A program made the position numbers and the translations under genes. DNA of 63,817 nucleotides, filler included, from Octopus bimaculoides (taxonomy: Eukaryota): the NCBI RefSeq assembly GCF_001194135.2. It is 7 parts of 7 records of this genome, joined end to end, with 100 filler letters (N's around TTAATTAATTAA, not from the genome) between each part and the next. Parts side by side here need not be neighbours in the genome. Positions count along the whole stretch, not along the records: positions 25,356 to 29,353 come from NC_068983.1; positions 29,454 to 42,224 come from NC_069001.1; 5 more parts are not named here. The stretch is one strand, 5' to 3'. The notes beneath the pieces are model-generated. The model made no database searches. It saw nothing but the letters and a program-made list of their open reading frames with translations, and was not told where the DNA came from. Positions 25,356-38,200 of the stretch are shown one piece after another. Position 1 is the first letter of the stretch. Each line of letters starts with the position of its first letter.

Positions 25356-25659
25356 GAGTGTTTATTGAGCGAAAACACCCAAAGCACCTCAAGGTTCCGG
25401 CAGGGGATTGTGGCGAACCCTGCTGTACTCTTCCACCACAACTTTCTCTCACTCTTACTTCCTGTTTCTGTTGTGCCTGTAATTCAAAGGGTCAGCCTTG
25501 TCACACTGTGTCACGCTGAATATCCCCGAGAACTACGTTAAGGGTACACGTGTCTGTGGAGTGCTCAGCCACTTGCACGTTAATTTCACGAGCAGGCTGT
25601 TCCGTTGATCGGATCAACTGGAACACTCGACGTCGTAAGCGACGGAGTGCCAACAACAA
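25356..25659 (+). mobile_element. SINE family D (head lost at join)
   Basis: About 90% identical by eye to the reverse complement of 27778-28090. Ends gtcgtaagcgacggagtgccaacaacaa. Confidence 0.9.
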
Positions 25660-25810
25660 TGACGAGTGTATTGCTGACTTAGAATTCTGAGTTCCAGTTT
25701 TTTTCAACGCTTGAAACGAGATTATGTGTATTAACGAAAATCTATCTCAGGCATACTATAATCTCTATTACGGCTTCTAATCTTTGCCAACTGGAAGGCA
25801 TCCTCCAATA

Positions 25811-26567
25811 TACGAGGGAGTATTCGCAAGAAACCGAAATTTTGCACTATTATATTATTCACTTAGTTTTACATATTTACACTTTTACCGCCTTCTAAAT
25901 ATTCTCCGTTTGAAGCAATGCATCAGTCCAGGCGCATTTTCCATTATTCGAAGCAGTGTTGGAACTCTTGCGAAGTGATGCCTTCTAACGCCTCCGTGGT
26001 TTTTTTCTTCACCTATTCCACATCTGCAAATTCTGTAGCAGCAGCTTTCATCACCAGGGATGACCTTCGGAAAAAGGTCCGGATCAACTTTCAACTGTTC
26101 TTTCAGTTCATGACATGCATTCAATTGTGACTGCTTTTGATCTTCCATGAGCAAGCGAGGAACAAATTTTGCTGCAACTATTTTTATTCGCAATTCCTCG
26201 CTCAAAAATCGTTGAGAGGAGCTCCAGGATACACCAGTCATATCGAGTTCGTCAATTGTTTGCTACTGTCCTTCAAGATTAGTACATGAATTTTCATGAA
26301 TGTTTTCATTCGATCGGGAGGTCGACGGTGGCCCCGAACGAGGTTGGTCTTCAAGCGACAAGTGACCATTCCTAAATCGCGGAAACCACTCATAAACTTG
26401 TGTTTTGCTCACGGCAACGTCCTTGTAAGCTTCTTGAAGCATGACGACCTTTTTTGGCCGCTGTTTACCCCAGCAGAAAACAGAATTTCACGGAAGCACG
26501 CTGTTCCGTCGTTTCAACTATCGCAAAAATTGTCGAACAGGGGAGAAGCACTGCAAAACAAAGACGC
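25811..26567 (-). mobile_element. Mariner (Tc1/mariner) internally deleted non-autonomous element
   Basis: TIR TA-cgagggagtattcgcaagaaaccgaaattt at 25811. Minus-strand transposase pieces EQRASVKFCFLLG, VYEWFPRFRNG..EDQPRSG, VAAKFVPRLL, DPDLF.KVIPGDESCCY are fused directly to C-terminal EFADVE*VKKKTTEAL...CIASNGEYLEG. Confidence 0.9.
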
Positions 26568-26587
26568 ATCATCATCATCATTGGCAG

Positions 26588-26820
26588 AAGGTGGCGAGCT
26601 GGTAGAATCGTTTAGCATGCCGGACAAAATGCTTGGCGGCATTTCATCCGCCTTTACACGTTCTGAGTTCAAATTCCTCAGAGGTCGACTTAGCCTTTCA
26701 TCCTTTCGGGGTCGATGAAACAAGTACCAGTTGAGTATTGTGGTCGGTATAATCGACTAGCTCCCTTCCCACCACCAAATTTCAGGCCTTGTGCCCCTAT
26801 AGTAGAAAGGATTATTATTA
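26588..26820 (+). mobile_element. SINE family B, tail type 1, at the mariner 5' end
   Basis: aaggtggcgagctggtagaatcg head, gagttcaaattcc B box, ttagcctttcatcctttcggggtcgatgaaacaagtaccag Nin/Deu-like core, (ATT)n tail. Confidence 0.9.
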
Positions 26821-27014
26821 TACGCATACGTATCTGAGAGAGAAAGAGTGAGAGAGAAGGAGAGAGAGAAAGAAAGAGAGAGAGAACTGATTGCAATTTT
26901 ATTTAGTGACTTTGCAAAGATTAAATGTAAAATTGATCTCTGTGGGATGTGAGCTCAGAGTATGCTCCAGGGCCAACATCCTCCCCAGCCATTACAAGAA
27001 CTTACAGCTTGAGC

Positions 27015-27115
27015 AATGTGAAATGGGAGTGTTTTGCTCAAGAACAAAACACAACGTGCTGCCTGATCTGTGAGGTGAAACGATTGTGAGTGCCACGCCC
27101 TACCCACCAAGAGGC
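27015..27115 (-). mobile_element. Degraded SINE family C head
   Basis: gagtgttttgctcaagaacaaaacacaacg...cctaccc resembles the reverse complement of 62611-62715. Confidence 0.5.
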
Positions 27116-27186
27116 GTGACTCAGCAGGCTATCATTCTTTACGACTAATAGTCTAACGTCTTAGCGTGCGAACCTCTACGCTACTG

Positions 27187-27379
27187 ATGGGTCTGCTAGA
27201 AATAAGAATAACAGCTACCTCAAACCACATCCTACCATCGTAAAAAAAACCCCAAAAAACTACACGTTAGATAATGTCGTTCGGGGTTCTTTGCACAGCA
27301 GGAAAAGACAGAATAGTTACAACTGAATGACTTTGATCGGTCTGCTCGATCTAAGTCGACCTGGAGCTAAACAGCAGCA

Positions 27380-27411
<32 letters not shown>

Positions 27412-27421
27412 AGCAGCAGCA
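27187..27421 (+). mobile_element. Repeat family F (SINE-like 3' body ending in (AAC/AGC)n); related pieces at 27599-27762 and 28205-28330 (+), 29535-29720 and 31545-31620 (-), 44145-44240 and 52965-53045 (+), and probably 17485-17580
   Basis: Shared ctgctagaaata.cagc...ctcaaatcacacc...ttagataatgt...ggaatg..tttgatc...gctcgatc...gctaaacaac motif order. Confidence 0.7.
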
Positions 27422-27422
27422 A

Positions 27423-27600
27423 ATGATCCTTTCTAGTATCGGCACAAGACTTGAAATTTATTGGAAGGAGTTAGCCAATAACATCAATTGAAATGCTACA
27501 CTGATACTTAATATAAAAATAAAGTCAACCAGGCGGCATTTGAACTCAGAACATAAAACTGGAAGAAATGCCGTGAAGCGTTTTATCTGGTGTGAAAAGA
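27423..27600 (-). mobile_element. SINE family B, degraded
   Basis: ggcacaagacttgaaattt...aaagtcaaccaggcggcatttgaactcagaac. Confidence 0.65.
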
Positions 27601-27777
27601 TCTGCTAGAGATACTAGTTAAATCTCCCACAAACCACACTGTACCTTTAGATAATATCGTTCTGGGAGCTCTGCACAATAGGAAAAAACAGGTTGGTTAC
27701 AGCTGGAATGATTTGATCATATATCCGCTCGATCTTAGCTGAACTGGGTCTAACAACAACAATATCAACGGCAAATA

Positions 27778-28163
27778 GTTTTAGTTGGCACTCCGTCGGT
27801 AACGACGACGAGGGTTCCTGTTGATCTGATCAACTGAACAGCCTGCTCGTGAAATTAACGTGCAAGTGACTGAGCACTCCACAGACACGTGTGCCCTTAA
27901 CGTAGTTCTCGGAGATATTCAGCGTGACACAGTGTGACAAGGCTGACCCTTTGAAATTACAGGTACAACAGAAACAGGAAGAAAGAGTAAAAGAAAGTTG
28001 TGGTGAAAGAGTACAGCAAGGCTCGCCACCATCCCCTACCGGGGGCTCGTGGAGCTTTAGGTGTTTTCGCTCAATAAACACTCATAACGCCCGGTCTGGG
28101 AATCGATACCGCGATCCTATGACCGCGAGTCCGCTGCCCTAACCACTGGGCCATTGCGCCTCC
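27778..28163 (-). mobile_element. SINE family D, full length (386 bp) with 12-bp TSD
   Basis: Head GGAGGCGCAATGGCCCAGTGGTTAGGGCAGCGGACTCGCGG...GGTATCGATTCCCAGACC (A and B boxes). Perfect TSD caacggcaaata at 27766-27777 and 28164-28175. Confidence 0.93.
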
Positions 28164-28608
28164 CAACGGCAAATAATGTTGTAATGAACCAACATAAAAG
28201 CCTCAACGCTGTGGCCTGATCTACTACAATTAGTCTCAAATCACACCCGACTGTCCTTAAAAAATGAAAAAAAAAATAAGAACAGAAAAAAAATAACTAA
28301 CTGCACTATTGCTGGAACAATGATGGAATGACATCAGCGGAAACAACTTTAATCATGGTAATCTTATAAACTTAAAGCGTTAAGAAGCACAGACACATCG
28401 TTAGCAGACTAGAGTCGTTTAGCATGAGCAGCGGATCTGCCAGCTCACGTGAGTTTAGCGCACACGCACTTCATGAGTAGCAGGCGTTTTTTCACCGCAT
28501 GCTACCCAAATTATACTGCCAACAATGTCTAGAAAAACAGTAAATGTTCAGTCATTGATGTCGAAAATAATCGCCAGGCACTTTAAAAAATAAATATTAG
28601 CAACAGAA

Positions 28609-28717
28609 GCAATATTATTAACGTGGATGTATTGTTAGAACGCAATATTACTAACTTGGATGTATTGTTAGAACGCAATATTACTAACGTGGATGTATTG
28701 TTAGAACGCAATATTAC
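28609..28717. repeat. 33-bp minisatellite, 3.3 copies
   Basis: Unit gcaatattactaacgtggatgtattgttagaac starting at 28609, 28642, 28675 and 28708. Confidence 0.95.
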
Positions 28718-29002
28718 AACAGTGTTCGCCTTGAGAGATCATTTCATACAGACATAATGTACTAAGAAGCACAGATATATCATTGCAAAGAATCGTCTAG
28801 CATGGGTGGCTGTATCAAGACTGTTCTTTTGCTACACTGCTTGTTTCATTCCAAGCTAATGAGAAAACTACTTCATAGTCATTCGACCTTTTAACTTAGA
28901 AATCAAATTTCCTCAAATTATACCATAACAGCTACAATAGCTATAGATTTCACCGAAGAAAAACATTAATCATATTAAGCTTCCACCAGTCTAGTTTGTT
29001 TC

Positions 29003-29340
29003 TGTTGTAGTAACGCCGTGCGCATGCGTAGTCTCACGCATGCGTGGAATTCAACAAGCAAACTTTCCCGCTTCATTCTGTCTCTTTCTTGCTGGCCAGC
29101 GATTGAGCATGGACGTGTTTAGCTGTCTCTCTCCATCTTTCGAACTTACGCTCGACAACTCGCTTACATCTACATACCAACGTCCCAACAACAATGCTCA
29201 CACACACAGAAGCTGTAACAACAAACAAGAGCTAAAGATGTATATATTTACCACCTGAATAAATGTTGTTTAAGTTGATAGTCTGGAGTTCAGCGTTTCG
29301 TTAATTTCTAATTTTATATAGGAAAGTCAGGTATACATCT
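29003..29340 (+). mobile_element. Possible solo-LTR-like segment
   Basis: Begins TGTTG, CpG-rich 5' part, CT-rich middle, AATAAA at 29258-29263. The 3' end is lost in a join, and no TSD or PBS is visible. Confidence 0.25.
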
Positions 29341-29837
29341 AATGATGTATAACNNNNNNNNNNNNNNNNNNNNNNNNNNNNNNNNNNNNNNNNNNNNTTA
29401 ATTAATTAANNNNNNNNNNNNNNNNNNNNNNNNNNNNNNNNNNNNNNNNNNNNGGTGGTGGTGGTAACAGTACTAATGGTTGTTGTGGTATGTGTTAAAA
29501 TGGTCTTGCTAATGGATGTAGTTGAGGCTGATGTTGTTGTTGTAGTTCTTGTTGTTTAGTCACAGAACAGCCCTGATCAAACAAATCAAACTTAATCCAA
29601 CCATGGCCATCCAATCTTTCTTCTATGACAATGTAGGACCGCATTAGTCAATATGTTCTTTCCTTTCCCAAGTCTGTAGAATGTAATTTGAGGGAGATTG
29701 CTTTGCTGTTTCTAGCAGTTTCGGCTACAACAATGTTTTATGCAATGCAGCCACTCAAGGTTTATTGGAGTGAATCTAATTGATATACTCTACTGCATGT
29801 ATTGAGTACTCTTTCTGGTTAACAACACTAAATGTAA

Positions 29838-29868
<31 letters not shown>

Positions 29869-30804
29869 ATCATCATCATTACAAGCAACATCATCTTCAT
29901 CATTATTATAACCCTTTTTCCTTTGGAAATCAGAGGTACCCACTCAAAGTGTCACTTACCCTTAATGGTGGGAAAGTAGTTTTATATACGAATCTATCTT
30001 TTGCTGAGGAATGTCATGTCTGAGACTATTTTCCAATGAGATAATGTCAAGTTTACTGAGGCCAAATGTGACTTGCAGAAAATACCAATTCTATTATAAA
30101 TTATTTAACGTCATTACTGAAATAAAAATGAAATTTAATTTCTCGGTTAAAGGGTTAACACCCCCTTCTCTATGCTTCCATGGGTCACACGGAATTTACT
30201 GATGCAGCTTTTCTGTCCAGGTGTCCTTGCTCTCAACACCTCTCACCTGTAAATGTTAGCTAAGTGACATTTTGATTAAAAGATGATTTAAGACATTCTA
30301 AGTTGATTTTGATCATTTTTTTCTTGCCCAATACATACAAACATCTTCTTTTCTTTTTTTTTGTCTCTTTTTATTTGTTTCAGTCATTTGACTGTGGCCA
30401 AACTAAGCTAAGAGCACTAGATTCCTTGGAAGAAAGCAGCAAATGTATACGAAAACAAGGATGGGAAAAAAAAAACGAGGAAATACATATAAATTTCTAT
30501 ATGCATAAATAAATTTCTATACGCTGGAACTGGAACATGCCTTACATATACACACACTCATACACATATGCTTGTCATATACACACACATATACACATGA
30601 AATATATTCTCATACAATACCTATATACATATACATTCACAAACACAGGCCCACACACACACACACACATACACGGCCCCAAACATACGTCTATGAATAC
30701 TAAGATACACTCTCTATGACTACCCGACTTCTCTCAACCTTCCCATACATCTCTCTCCATACACAAAGATTTATTATAATTCCTCTTGTGAAGCCAACCG
30801 TTCT

Positions 30805-31060
30805 ACAGAACACAAATGTGAAGCCAGTTGTTGACGCTTGAAGGATTGAGAGAGTCTGGTTGCTTGCAGGAACCACGTTCTACAATGTTTGTCCGAATTC
30901 TGTTTCCATATAACTGTCTGAATGGCCTGGTAATTCCTCGTTTTCGCATTTCTGTGTCTGTTGATAAAACAGTTGCTGAATAGCTTCGGCGTAGTCCAGA
31001 TTCATCAGGCAGTAGTGCTTCGATCAAAGACAATCCAGCCGAGACCATCCAACTGGTTTA
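30805..31060 (-). mobile_element. Decayed RTE-like reverse transcriptase fragment (domains 5-7)
   Basis: Minus strand CLMNLDYAEAIQQL (LDYADDI.LL-like), followed about 190 nt later by an FTF/YLGS-like remnant. Frameshifted. Confidence 0.5.
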
Positions 31061-31102
31061 TTTTTTACTTGGTCATTTTTGTTTGTTTTCTTGACACATG
31101 TG

Positions 31103-31269
31103 CAGGTATGGCTGTGTGGTTAGGAAGCTGGCTTTGTAACCACACTATTCTGGGTTCAGTCCCACTGTGTGGCAAGTCGGACAAGTGTCTTGTACTTGAG
31201 ACCACGGCTGATCAAAGCCTTGTGAGTGAATTTGGAAGAAGGAAATCATGGAAGTCCATTGTATAAATA

Positions 31270-31313
<44 letters not shown>

Positions 31314-31525
31314 TGTGATCTTTACCTCCTTCACTGCTTGACAACTGATGTTAGTTTGTTTACATCCCTGTAACTTAGTGCTTTGGCAGAAGAGAGTTAA
31401 TAGAATAAGTACGAGACTTTGAGAATAAGTACTAGCTTCGATTTGTTCAGCCAAACCCTTCAAGGCAGTGCCCCAGCTTGGTCATAGTCTAATGAGGGGA
31501 ACAAGTGAAAAACAAAAGATAAAGG
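31103..31525 (+). mobile_element. SINE family A, full length, older
   Basis: ggtatggctgtgtggttaggaag...gggttcagtcccactg...aaagccttgtgagtg...(GT)n...ccttcaaggcagtgccccagcttggtcatagtctaatgagg. Confidence 0.85.
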
Positions 31526-31684
31526 ATACTGTGACTCAGACCTTATTATGCATTTATTTTTAAGATGGAAGTTGTGATTTGAATGACAACTAGCTGCTAT
31601 TTCTAGCATGTCGTGTGACCATGGAGAACCCATTTCCTTGATGACTCTTCCACTGATATTGTTTCAAATTTGTGTATATATATA

Positions 31685-32435
31685 TATGATGATGATGATG
31701 ATGATGATGATGATGGGGTCGGTGGTGATGATGATGATGATGATGATGTGGTCAGTGGTGATGATGATGACGATGACAATGATGATGTTGTTGATGGTGG
31801 TGGCGGTGGTGGTGGTGATGATGATGATGATGATACCGTTAATATTATTACAATTACAGGAATAATAATAATAATGATTATTATTTATTTTTAATCCACT
31901 ACAAAGAAAATAGTAAAAAGTTAATAATAAACTAAGAAAAAAAAATAATGATAAATAATAATAATAATAATAATAAAAATAAAGTAAAGCTATAATAACC
32001 AACAATAATAACAGCAACAACAACAACAATAATAATAATAATAATAGTAAAAATCAAAAGAGTGAGGAAACAAAGAAAGCAATATTGAAATTGCTTTCTT
32101 TGTCTTTTTTTCGATTTCCTTCATTCTTTCTTTCTTTCTTTCCTTCATTGTCTTCTGTATATTTTTCAATTTTTGTTTCGTTTTTTTTCTTTTTTCATTT
32201 ATTCTTTTCCAATTTAGTTGCATGTTTAAAGACTAAAGATGACCGCTTTCTGAGTTGTTTGATAATTGAGAAAGGAAGAAAAAAAAAAAAATAATAATAA
32301 TAATAATAACAATGACAACATAATGACGATGATGATGATGATGATGATGATTAATAACAGTAATAATAACAACTAATAACAACAATAATAGTTACAAGCA
32401 GCAACAGCAGCAGCAGCAGCAGCAGTAGCAGTAGC

Positions 32436-32469
<34 letters not shown>

Positions 32470-32500
32470 AGAGGAGGAGGAGGAGTAGCAGCAGCAGCAG
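31685..32500. repeat. Compound trinucleotide microsatellites (GAT/GGT/AAT/AAC/AGC/AGT)
   Basis: Directly visible, with short unique spacers. Confidence 0.9.
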
Positions 32501-32559
32501 TCATTGTAGGAGATTTAAGAATCATGAAAATAATAACATGTACAATAATAGTAATAATT

Positions 32560-32700
32560 ATTATTTCTAAATTAAGCAGAAGGCCAGTTGTTTTGAGGGG
32601 AGGGGACGCGTTTAGTCAATATAATTCCCTTCTCTCTCCTATTTGACTGATACTGTATCTTCTCAACCCTTGGAAGGATGAAAGGCAAAGTCGATCTCTG
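32560..32700 (-). mobile_element. SINE family B 3' fragment
   Basis: ggaaggatgaaaggcaaagtcgatctc core at the end. Confidence 0.6.
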
Positions 32701-33074
32701 TAGGTGTTTTGCAAACAAACTGGCCCACGCAAGGGCTACCAGTCGAGAGCTCCGCAGTCAGCAAGTGTCTGGGGTCTTTAGGAGCGAATGTGCACCGTTT
32801 TGGGGGCCTACCTCTACACGGCATCAATGCGCCCTCCCCCCTACCTTACTGATATGAGACCCCCTCTTGCTAGATCAACTGGTTATCAAATAAAGCTCAA
32901 TATTCTTCTAGCCATTGCTCATCGTCTCTTTTTAACCAAATCCAGTGGCTAACCTTTTCCAAAACACAGAGAACCGGAAGAAATACCACAAGGCATCTTC
33001 TCTCTGATGTTTTAACAATTTCTGCCAAATGGCCTGCCTTCATAATGATAATAATAATAATAATAATAATAATA

Positions 33075-33375
33075 ATTTCTACTACAAGCACAAGGCCTGA
33101 AATTTGGAAGCAAATTTCTTACCACACAGCCACACCTATGTTCATACAAGAACGGTTTCAAATTTTAGCACAGGGCCAGCAATTGTTTAAAAGGAAAGGG
33201 AAACTGATTACATCAACCCTTGTACTTGACTGGTACTTTAATTTTTCATTGACCCCCAAAAAAATGAAAGGCAAAAAAAGACATTGGCAGATTTGAACTG
33301 AGAACATATAAAAGACGAGACCAAATACTGTTATGCATTTTTTTCTGACACTGTAACAATCCCACCGGCTCTAAT
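33075..33375 (-). mobile_element. SINE family B pieces (type 1 tail stub plus a type 3 copy), with a head fragment at 32960-33045
   Basis: tttctactacaagcacaaggcctgaaattt; ggtttcaaattttagcacagggccagcaatt...gacccccaaaaaaatgaaaggcaaa...atttgaactgagaac. Confidence 0.7.
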
Positions 33376-33559
33376 AGTACTACAAATTCTAATTCTAATA
33401 CTAATACTGATGATGATGATGATGATGATGATAGTAATAATAAAAACAACAACAACAACAACAGTATTACAGACAGTATGTGGATTGACTTAAGAAAATG
33501 CATCTAGGCAACCTTGATGAGAGGAAAAAGGAAAAAAAATTATGAAAGCACAAATAAGA

Positions 33560-33825
33560 CATCGGATTAGGAAACAGAGATAAGAGAATTAGACCAAACA
33601 ACAAATATTTAGGAATTAAATGAATGAACTAGACAGAGAACAATGTAGACAAATGAAAAACAAGGTTAGAAAGGAATATTGTAGATGCATTAGGTTTATA
33701 GTTAAAACAGAACTACATGCTAAAAATAAGCTAATAGGCATCGATACTTTAGCTGTTCCAGTAATCAGTTCTAGTTGTAGTATGTTTGGTTAGATGTGAA
33801 GAGAATTAGCAAGACAAGACGGAGG
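33560..33825 (+). mobile_element. R4/Dong-clade RT thumb fragment
   Basis: KYLGI then MKNKVRKEYCRCIRFIVKTELHAKNKLIGIDTLAVPVISSS (KEY.RR.R..LKS.LN..NK..AIN..AVPV type). Confidence 0.85.
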
Positions 33826-34029
33826 GGGGGTGGGTGAGAAACAAGAGAAATAATGACCGTGTTTAAGACGTTGCCTACGTGTTATGCGGAAAACCTCAGG
33901 GTATATCTATATGTGTGTGTGTGTGTGTAGATACATACACACACACACACACACACATGTATACACATGTATACACATATAAACACGCACACTAATATGG
34001 CTATTTTGTGTAGGTTGAATATATGTGTG

Positions 34030-34099
<70 letters not shown>

Positions 34100-34152
34100 T
34101 ATATAATGATATTCAAGATGCGCAAAATAGCTGAATTAGGGACTATATATGT

Positions 34153-34183
<31 letters not shown>

Positions 34184-34308
34184 GCATCAACATCAGCATC
34201 AGCATCATCCTTTAACGGTTAAACTCTTTCTGTTTCTCCATCTTTCATATGCACATGTACACACATACAGGTGTGTGTGTGTATATATATATATATATAT
34301 TTCCCTTC

Positions 34309-34680
34309 ATCATCATCATCATCATCATTTAATGTGTGTTCTTGATGCTGGCATGAGGTGGATGGTTGAACAGAAGCTGGTAAGCAAGAGAATCATAGCA
34401 ATCTCCTATTGCCAACCACTTTGCAGAGTGGAGTAGGTGCTTTTTTCTGCGACACCAGCACCAGTGAGGTCACCAAGTAACCTGCAGGACCTTCTGAGTG
34501 GAGAAGCAGTATTGGAGAGGGAGGTGGGTTTATGCCGGCTGATGAGAGGTTAAAATATGAAAGAGGGACGAGAACGGGTGTCTTGCTATAGAGGAGATGC
34601 ATGATTACTCCATCCAGGTGGATGAGAAAGATGGTGGTGGTGGTGGAGAGGTATTGGGGGTCTACCCTCAAGTTACAACA
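34309..34680 (-). mobile_element. Repeat family E (RTE-tail-like element), longer variant
   Basis: (CAT)n tail, catgctggcatg-like segment and gccaaccact..gcagagtggagtaggtgctttt shared with 40094-40301. Confidence 0.6.
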
Positions 34681-35079
34681 AGAAGCAATATGAATGGGTC
34701 AGTCAGTTCGAGGGAGAGTGAGAGGTGAGTGGTGGATGGAGAGAGATGGAGATGCAGAGAGTGGTGAACACATAATACAAATGAAAATGAAAAAAACTGA
34801 AACAGTGTACAGAGCTGTGCCTCGTTATGGAGGAAAAAGCACTCAGTAGAAATAAAGCTATCAGATTAAAGGTGCGGTTGAGAGGCCAAAGTACGACATG
34901 TGTGTTTTTGTAGACATGAGCATTTCAGGGAAGAACTCGATGGGATTAAAATTTAGAGTAATATATAAAGTAATACGAAACTAAGCAAACAAACAGAATT
35001 AAATCCAAGTTGGGGGGGGGGGCAGATATCTTAAAATATTGAATATATTCCAAGTGCAGAGACATATAAGCATGCTTCT

Positions 35080-35101
35080 AGTAAGTGTGTGTGTATATGT
35101 A

Positions 35102-35178
<77 letters not shown>

Positions 35179-35864
35179 ATATTCAAGTGAAAAGATACAA
35201 TAGACACATAGAACCCTCATCAGTTGGGTACCATATGAAGACAAATTTGAATTGCATAATAAATCTATACAAATCTCTCTTTCTCTTTCTCTCTCTATGT
35301 ATACACACACACATACACCACACAAACACATATGAGAGATGTAGAAAATAAAATGTAAATATTGAGTTGAAATTCTTATGAAATTTGAATTTCATGTGTG
35401 TGTGTGTGTCTGTGTATATATACACACACACATTCACATTCAGTGAGATATTAGAAATTGTACATATGAATGGTTACGTGTGTGTGTCTGTGTGTATGAG
35501 TGTAAATTCATATGTATATATACATACTCAGACACATATATGCAAATAGGTGTACATAAACATAAGCATGAATAAAAGGTATTTACATATGAATATATGT
35601 CTGTGTGTGTGTATTTGTGTTTGTATGTGCATGTGTATTTCCATGTGTGTGTGTGTGTAAAAGCCATCATGTATACGAGTGTATATCCAATATCTTGTAA
35701 TGTTGTTTATTCATGTATTGTACACAGTTCATATTGAATGGCGCGTTTGGTTTCAATATTGAAAAATTGCTTATTTGGAAGAAATAGTGAAACCACCATC
35801 CCTAAGTGGAAATAATGAAGTTTCATACATTCATACATATGGACATATATGTATACATATACAC

Positions 35865-35954
<90 letters not shown>

Positions 35955-36146
35955 GTATATGTATACATATATACATACATATATATACATGCAGATATAT
36001 ATATATAAATATACATATACACATGTATATGTGTGTGTGTGGGTATCTGTGTGTACATATGATGATATAAGTATGCAGATATTTCTTGCTCTATATTTTA
36101 CATATATATATATATATATATATATCATGCACATACATACATACAC

Positions 36147-36217
<71 letters not shown>

Positions 36218-36400
36218 ATCACACCATCAATGTATTGCTTGTGGTTGTCCATCAAATTTGGTGATGAATAGAATGAACACACACACACACACACATACAC
36301 ACACACACCTGCATACACACACGCGCACACAAACATACACTTACACACGTCCATCGATGCATACACTTGTAAACACATACATACAATCATACGTACATAG
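35080..36400. repeat. Extended (TA)n/(CA)n/(CATA)n low-complexity region
   Basis: Directly visible; source of many Y/I/H/T pseudo-ORFs. Confidence 0.9.
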
Positions 36401-38072
36401 AAATTACACATAGTGGAAGCAAACAAATAAAAAAACCAACCAAATAAATAAATAAATAATAATTTACAAAAACAACAACAAAGATTAAAAAAAAAACACG
36501 TATAAAACAATAACAGAAGCAATAAGACAAACAAATTGTGGCCGACCCCCGTGCAAGTCGTCTTTATTATTTCTCCTACGATGGAAAATCTCTGAAACCT
36601 TTAGCAAGATTAGTCACAGTCACATATATTTAGATAGAATAAACCATTTTACCATTTTCTCAGTCATATTGGAAGAATTTCTGAAGGGAAATAACTAGTT
36701 TGCTACATTCTTTTTTTACCTTCGTGTGTGTGTGTGCCCATGTATTTATGTTTGTGTGTGCATTTGTGTTTGTGAATATGTATATATGTATGTATATATG
36801 CATGTATGCACACACAGAAATATATATATATACATATATATATAGACAAAGCATGGGTTTAAGGAGAAAAGTCCGTCTGTTTTTATTTTATTTTTATTTT
36901 AAAAAACAATGGCCATTCAACACATTGAGGTCCGGCTTTAACTGCTCTTTCTCCCTCTCTTTGTCTTTATATATATATTTATATATCTATATATATCTAT
37001 CTATCTATCTATATNNNNNNNNNNNNNNNNNNNNNNNNNNNNNNNNNNNNNNNNNNNNNNNNNNNNNNNNNNNNNNNNNNNNNNNNNNNNNNNNNNNNNN
37101 NNNNNNNNNNNNNNNNNNNNNNNNNNNNNNNNNNNNNNNNNNNNNNNNNNNNNNNNNNNNNNNNNNNNNNNNNNNNNNNNNNNNNNNNNNNNNNNNNNNN
37201 NNNNNNNNNNNNNNNNNNNNNNNNNNNNNNNNNNNNNNNNNNNNNNNNNNNNNNNNNNNNNNNNNNNNNNNNNNNNNNNNNNNNNNNNNNNNNNNNNNNN
37301 NNNNNNNNNNNNNNNNNNNNNNNNNNNNNNNNNNNNNNNNNNNNNNNNNNNNNNNNNNNNNNNNNNNNNNNNNNNNNNNNNNNNNNNNNNNNNNNNNNNN
37401 NNNNNNNNNNNNNNNNNNNNNNNNNNNNNNNNNNNNNNNNNNNNNNNNNNNNNNNNNNNNNNNNNNNNNNNNNNNNNNNNNNNNNNNNNNNNNNNNNNNN
37501 NNNNNNNNNNNNNNNNNNNNNNNNNNNNNNNNNNNNNNNNNNNNNNNNNNNNNNNNNNNNNNNNNNNNNNNNNNNNNNNNNNNNNNNNNNNNNNNNNNNN
37601 NNNNNNNNNNNNNNNNNNNNNNNNNNNNNNNNNNNNNNNNNNNNNNNNNNNNNNNNNNNNNNNNNNNNNNNNNNNNNNNNNNNNNNNNNNNNNNNNNNNN
37701 NNNNNNNNNNNNNNNNNNNNNNNNNNNNNNNNNNNNNNNNNNNNNNNNNNNNNNNNNNNNNNNNNNNNNNNNNNNNNNNNNNNNNNNNNNNNNNNNNNNN
37801 NNNNNNNNNNNNNNNNNNNNNNNNNNNNNNNNNNNNNNNNNNNNNNNNNNNNNNNNNNNNNNNNNNNNNNNNNNNNNNNNNNNNGTACATATACATACAT
37901 GTATATGTACATATATATATATATATATATATATGTACATACGTATATATTTATATATGTGTGTATGTATAAGTATGCCTACTTGTCTTTGTGTAAGTAT
38001 TTGTGTCTGTGTGCATGTGTGTATATGTATATGCATATACATAAGTACATACATGTATATAGATACATATGC

Positions 38073-38103
<31 letters not shown>

Positions 38104-38124
38104 CTTGTGAGTATGTTGAGTATG

Positions 38125-38200
<76 letters not shown>

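Noticed and set aside
28090-28163. tRNA gene call for SINE heads (families A-D)
   Set aside because: They have A and B boxes but continue into SINE bodies with TSDs and lack intact cloverleaf acceptor stems.
28609-28717. 33-bp repeats as a CRISPR array
   Set aside because: The units are contiguous with no spacers, there are no cas genes, and the context is eukaryotic.
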